10,765 bases of DNA. It comes from Campylobacterota bacterium (GTDB lineage Bacteria; Campylobacterota; Campylobacteria; Campylobacterales; Sulfurimonadaceae). Where the stretch lies: the NCBI GenBank assembly GCA_034717975.1, contig JAYEMF010000073.1, forward strand, positions 4,026 to 14,790. Reading direction: 5' to 3'. The notes under the pieces are model-generated. The model had not been told where the DNA came from and did no database searches. It was given only the letters and a program-made list of their open reading frames with translations. Made by a program: the position numbers and the translations under genes. Shown here piece after piece: positions 7,146-10,765 of the stretch. Position 1 is the first letter of the stretch. The number at the start of each line of letters is the position of its first letter.

Positions 7146-9799
7146 GTCAAGAAGCCGTAGTCAAAGAGCGAAAATCGATCTATATTGTCTGGATCATTCC
7201 TTTTGTCGCGATGGCCATAGCCGGCTGGATGATCTTTAAGTATTATGATGAGAAGGGATTTGATGTTGTTGTTACTTTTAACAGCGGCGATGGTTTTATC
7301 GTTGGTAAAACACCGCTTATGTACAATGGTATAAAGCTCGGTCAGGTCAGTAATATTACTATTCATCCTCATGATATTTCAAAAGTAGATGTTACGATCA
7401 CTGTCGATAAAGATGCCAAAGCTGTCGCTCGTGAAGGTAACATATTTTGGAAAGTCGAACCTAGACTTTCATTGACGGAGGTCTCCGGTTTAACGACTAT
7501 CCTTGGAGGTGTCTATATTAACGTGATGCCGAGCACCAATGATATCGAGGCTCTCAATAAACACACGCTTCAATACCGTTTCGAAGCGGCGGAAGACACT
7601 CCTGTCAATATATTTGAACCTGGGGTATTCGTCAAGCTGCATGCCAAGCAGTCGGACATCAAAGCAGGTGCTCCGGTGATGTTCAGAAAAATTCATGTTG
7701 GAAAGGTCCTGGAAGCCGATCTGACTGAGAGTGGTGTGGAGTATGTTGTTCATATCGAGCACAAATACAGTGGTCTTGTCAAAGAAAATTCCAGTTTCTG
7801 GAAGATGTCAGGTATTGAAGTCCATGCCTCACTTGCCGGTTTGCGCGTCGAAATGGACTCTTTGGCATCGGTTGTAGCCGGAGGCATCGCTTTGAATTCG
7901 CCGAGTACTGGCAAGAGTGTAGAAGATCATAAACATGAGTTCCAGCTCTTTGACAGTTATGATCAGGTCATTCTTGATCCGGATATTATCACGCTTGTCT
8001 CAAAAAGCGGCTACAACATCGATGCAAAAGCTTCAAACGTATTTTTTAAAGGAACAGATGCAGGTGAGATAACCTCCATTGATTATGACCCTGACAGTGA
8101 CGAGACAACGTTTAAGATAAGACTGAAATCCTCTTTTCGCCACCTTGCCAACAAAGATGCCTATTTCTGGGTTGTTGAGCCGCATATCGGATTAAACGAG
8201 ATCAAGGGCCTGAATGCGATTGCGCATGGACGCTACATAACCTTTGAGACTGCGAGCAGTTCCAAAGAGTTGAAAAAGAAGTTTATTCTGCATCATGACA
8301 GCCCGCCGATATCAGGGATGCGCCTGAAGCTTGTAGGTGACAAAGGTTTCAATCTCAAAAGCGGTGTCAATATCATCTATCGCGATATGGTTATTGGTGC
8401 TGTAGGTTCAGTAGGCCTTGCCAGTGACAACAGTCATATAGAGGTTGAAATTGTGATTGCTGATCAATACAGCCATCTTGTAAACGACAGCTCAAACTTT
8501 TATATTCAGAGTGCCCTCGAAGCGGGAGCCTCTTTTGACGGTATCTATTTTAATGTAGGTTCCATCGCCTCTATGGTGCATGGCGGCATTGTTCTTGAGA
8601 CAAATGACCTGAATGCCAAGCGCAGCACGCACGCTTTTGAACTCATAGGAAGCAATAAGGAGTTTCTTGAGCGTGAGTATGTTCAAAGCGGCGGTATGAG
8701 CTTTATGCTGCATGCGGATAGTTTAGGCTCTATTAAAAAGGGATCACCTGTTCTGTTTATAGGGATCAAGGTCGGTAAAGTGATCGACTATATACTCAAT
8801 AAAAGAACGGGCAGGGTTGATATAAAAGTCTATATTGAACCAAAATACTGCGATCAGATAAATAGATCAACAGCCTTCTACAATATTAGTGGTATTGACG
8901 TTAAAGCTGGGGTGGACGGTGTGGAGATCAATACCGGTTCGATCGAGAGCATCGTTACGGGCGGTATAGCGTTTAAAACACCGCTTCACGCTGACAGTGT
9001 CAAAGAGATGCACGCTTTTGAACTTTATGAGAGTGAAGCCGCTGTGGATGAGAAATATGTTGTAGTCACATTTATGATGGAACATGGTTTTAATCTGAAA
9101 GCGGGGAGTAAGATTATCTACAAAGCGATCACGATAGGACGGATCAAAGCAATAGAGCTCATTGACGGAGGGGTAGAAGCAGTAGCCTTAATCGATCAAA
9201 AACATAAAGCACTGCTGGCCAAAGACTCTATTTTTTGGGTGGAAGATGTCAGAATCAAGTTTGCCAGCGTACAAAATCCGTCATCACTGGTCACCGGGGC
9301 ATTTATCAAGGTATTACCGGGAAAGGAGACGGTTCTTGGAGAGAGTTTTCATCTCTTGGGAACAGCCCCCGTTGTCTCGTTAAATCAAGAGGGGCTCCGT
9401 GTTGTTGTAACCGGTTCACGCCTGAGCAGTCTGAAAGAGGGTTCACCGGTTTTCTATCGTCAGATCAAGATAGGCAATGTTGAAGAGTACAGACTTAGAG
9501 ATGATGCAACCGGTGTGGAGTTGATGCTTTTTATCGATAAGTGTTATGCCCATCTGGTACGAGAGAACTCACTCTTTTATAATGCTACGGCAATGGGCAT
9601 GGATGTCAGCTTGCTTGGTGTAAAGGTGCGTACTGAAACGATCTCAACCATGATTAATGGCGGAATTGCCCTGGTGACACCAAGCGAGCCACTGGATCAA
9701 GCTGAAGAGATGCAGACATTCAAGCTCTATGATGAACCGGAAGATGAGTGGCTGACATGGGCACCAACACTTCTCAGTAACAGCGCAGCCTGCGAGTAG
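7142..9799 (+). CDS. letB: Seven-MCE-domain lipid transport tunnel protein, LetB/YebT type, 885 aa
   Basis: One N-terminal TM helix (IVWIIPFVAMAIAGWMIF), then seven MCE repeats starting near aa 39, 161, 281, 392, 518, 639 and 751, each with a GxxVx(Y/F)xGxxVGxV-like core. The C-terminus EPEDEWLTWAP is LetB-like, and there is no PqiB-type coiled-coil needle. It has an ATGA overlap with the upstream gene and GAGGA at 7131-7135. Confidence 0.92.
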   Translation: MSQEAVVKERKSIYIVWIIPFVAMAIAGWMIFKYYDEKGFDVVVTFNSGDGFIVGKTPLMYNGIKLGQVSNITIHPHDISKVDVTITVDKDAKAVAREGNIFWKVEPRLSLTEVSGLTTILGGVYINVMPSTNDIEALNKHTLQYRFEAAEDTPVNIFEPGVFVKLHAKQSDIKAGAPVMFRKIHVGKVLEADLTESGVEYVVHIEHKYSGLVKENSSFWKMSGIEVHASLAGLRVEMDSLASVVAGGIALNSPSTGKSVEDHKHEFQLFDSYDQVILDPDIITLVSKSGYNIDAKASNVFFKGTDAGEITSIDYDPDSDETTFKIRLKSSFRHLANKDAYFWVVEPHIGLNEIKGLNAIAHGRYITFETASSSKELKKKFILHHDSPPISGMRLKLVGDKGFNLKSGVNIIYRDMVIGAVGSVGLASDNSHIEVEIVIADQYSHLVNDSSNFYIQSALEAGASFDGIYFNVGSIASMVHGGIVLETNDLNAKRSTHAFELIGSNKEFLEREYVQSGGMSFMLHADSLGSIKKGSPVLFIGIKVGKVIDYILNKRTGRVDIKVYIEPKYCDQINRSTAFYNISGIDVKAGVDGVEINTGSIESIVTGGIAFKTPLHADSVKEMHAFELYESEAAVDEKYVVVTFMMEHGFNLKAGSKIIYKAITIGRIKAIELIDGGVEAVALIDQKHKALLAKDSIFWVEDVRIKFASVQNPSSLVTGAFIKVLPGKETVLGESFHLLGTAPVVSLNQEGLRVVVTGSRLSSLKEGSPVFYRQIKIGNVEEYRLRDDATGVELMLFIDKCYAHLVRENSLFYNATAMGMDVSLLGVKVRTETISTMINGGIALVTPSEPLDQAEEMQTFKLYDEPEDEWLTWAPTLLSNSAACE

Positions 9800-9802
9800 G
9801 GC

Positions 9803-10723
9803 TTAATACCCTTTGAGATAGTAGCCGACTTTATACCGTATCAATGTCTTTTGTTCTGGTCTCGGGTAGCGGCTATAGGCATATTCAATAGTCTCTTTCG
9901 TCGTGTCATCAAGAACATAAAAGCCTGATTTGCTGACAAACCTGATCTCCGAGATATCACCGTTGGGATAGAGATAGAATTCGATGTTATTGGATGTATT
10001 GACCCGCAGGTTGTTCGGGATATTGACTCTTCCCACACGGTTGAGAACCTCCTGGGTTATACGACGCATGATCTCCTGATTATCTAGAATATACTTCTGT
10101 TCACCTTCGGAAAGTGTTCCAAAAACATCCCCGTACGCCTCTTTGACATTTTCACTGATACGGCTTTGACGCTGTTTTGTCCGCTGCTGCTTTGTAGAGG
10201 CTTCCGGTACCTTTGTCTGTTTTGAAAGCTTGGCGTAAAGTCCGGCGCTCTCCTGTTTTTTAGGCGGTTTTGTCTGATTGGCTTCTACAATCTTTTTTGG
10301 CTTGGTTACTTTGGGATCAAATAGCGGAACATGTTTTTTCTTCGGCGGAAGTGGCTTGGTAGTCTCTTTTTTCGGCGCAGGTTTTGCCGGTTCTTTACGC
10401 TTGACCGGCTGCTGGGTTACCGGTTTCGGTTTTTGAACCGGTTTTGGTTCAGGAGGTACGATAAGAGGCTCTTTTACAAGCTCTTTTAGCTGTTTGCCTT
10501 TTGGCATTGGCGGAGCGATGTCAGGTTGCTTCTGTTTATTCTTGACAAGGGCATCTTTAACCACTTTTGGCTGCTCTTTAAGTGAAACTTTAATGCGTTG
10601 CTCTTCCTCTTTTGGTTCGGCTTTTTTCATCTCCGGAGCGAGCATACCCAGGATCCAGAAGAGTAAAATAATGAGTAGATGAAGAAGGATTGCAATAATA
10701 AGAGCGGCAGTAGAACGTTTCAT
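9803..10723 (-). CDS. TonB-like energy transducer (Campylobacterota HP0582-like), 306 aa
   Basis: N-terminal TM anchor with His15 (AILLHLL), then a long Pro/Lys/Glu-rich linker (PPEPKPVQKPKP, KEPAKPAPKK). The C-terminal TonB_C-like domain reads IEFYLYPNGDISEIRFVSKSGFYVLDDTTKETIEYAYSRYPRP. An AGGA Shine-Dalgarno (tcct) lies at 10728-10731. Confidence 0.82.
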   Translation of the reverse strand: MKRSTAALIIAILLHLLIILLFWILGMLAPEMKKAEPKEEEQRIKVSLKEQPKVVKDALVKNKQKQPDIAPPMPKGKQLKELVKEPLIVPPEPKPVQKPKPVTQQPVKRKEPAKPAPKKETTKPLPPKKKHVPLFDPKVTKPKKIVEANQTKPPKKQESAGLYAKLSKQTKVPEASTKQQRTKQRQSRISENVKEAYGDVFGTLSEGEQKYILDNQEIMRRITQEVLNRVGRVNIPNNLRVNTSNNIEFYLYPNGDISEIRFVSKSGFYVLDDTTKETIEYAYSRYPRPEQKTLIRYKVGYYLKGY

Positions 10724-10765
10724 AGCATCCTAGTATAAATTGTTTTAGTTTGTTGCTGAATTATA
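10724..10765 (-). promoter_or_regulatory. Candidate promoter and RBS of the TonB-like gene
   Basis: Minus-strand TATAAT at 10760-10765 (at the window edge, so upstream context is not visible), TATACT at 10732-10737 and AGGA at 10728-10731. Confidence 0.45.

Noticed and set aside
7142..9799. Calling the MCE gene pqiB or mlaD
   Set aside because: PqiB has 3 MCE domains plus a coiled-coil needle and a pqiC neighbour, and MlaD has one MCE domain. Here there are 7 domains, no needle and no pqiC.
9798..9814. Intrinsic terminator after letB
   Set aside because: Only a 4-bp stem and a 3-nt T run.
10240..10640. Low-complexity, repeat-looking DNA (ggttt/tttgg runs)
   Set aside because: Explained by Pro/Lys codons of the TonB-like linker. 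There is no regular tandem unit or CRISPR-like repeat-spacer pattern.
6049..10682. Remaining short nested or antisense ORFs within letA, letB and the TonB-like gene
   Set aside because: They overlap confidently assigned genes and have no independent evidence.

Overview
A gene-dense envelope-biology window, probably from a free-living Campylobacterota (Sulfurimonas/Sulfurovum-like; inferred from AGGA Shine-Dalgarno sites, TATAAT boxes without clear -35 elements and an HP0582-type TonB-like gene). Left, on the minus strand, is a tripartite RND efflux operon: membrane fusion lipoprotein (3244-4434), HAE1 permease (98-3241) and the first 32 codons of a probable TolC-family outer membrane factor running off the left edge. 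Divergent from it, across a 148-bp AT-rich region, is a plus-strand cluster: an outer-membrane phospholipase A (PldA/OMPLA) with an N-terminal Sel1/TPR-like domain (4583-5896), a PqiA/LetA-family inner-membrane transporter split into two half-genes (5945-6547 and 6531-7145), and a seven-MCE-domain LetB/YebT-type tunnel protein (7142-9799). A TonB-like gene (9803-10723, minus) converges on letB with a 3-bp gap. The most interesting signal is the Sel1-fused OMPLA directly upstream of split letA-letB. This is a candidate trans-envelope lipid-editing and transport system, and possibly the missing outer-membrane partner of LetB. That interpretation is inference, and a strong candidate internal promoter before letA weakens the case for obligatory co-transcription. 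No RNA genes, CRISPR arrays or mobile elements were seen.
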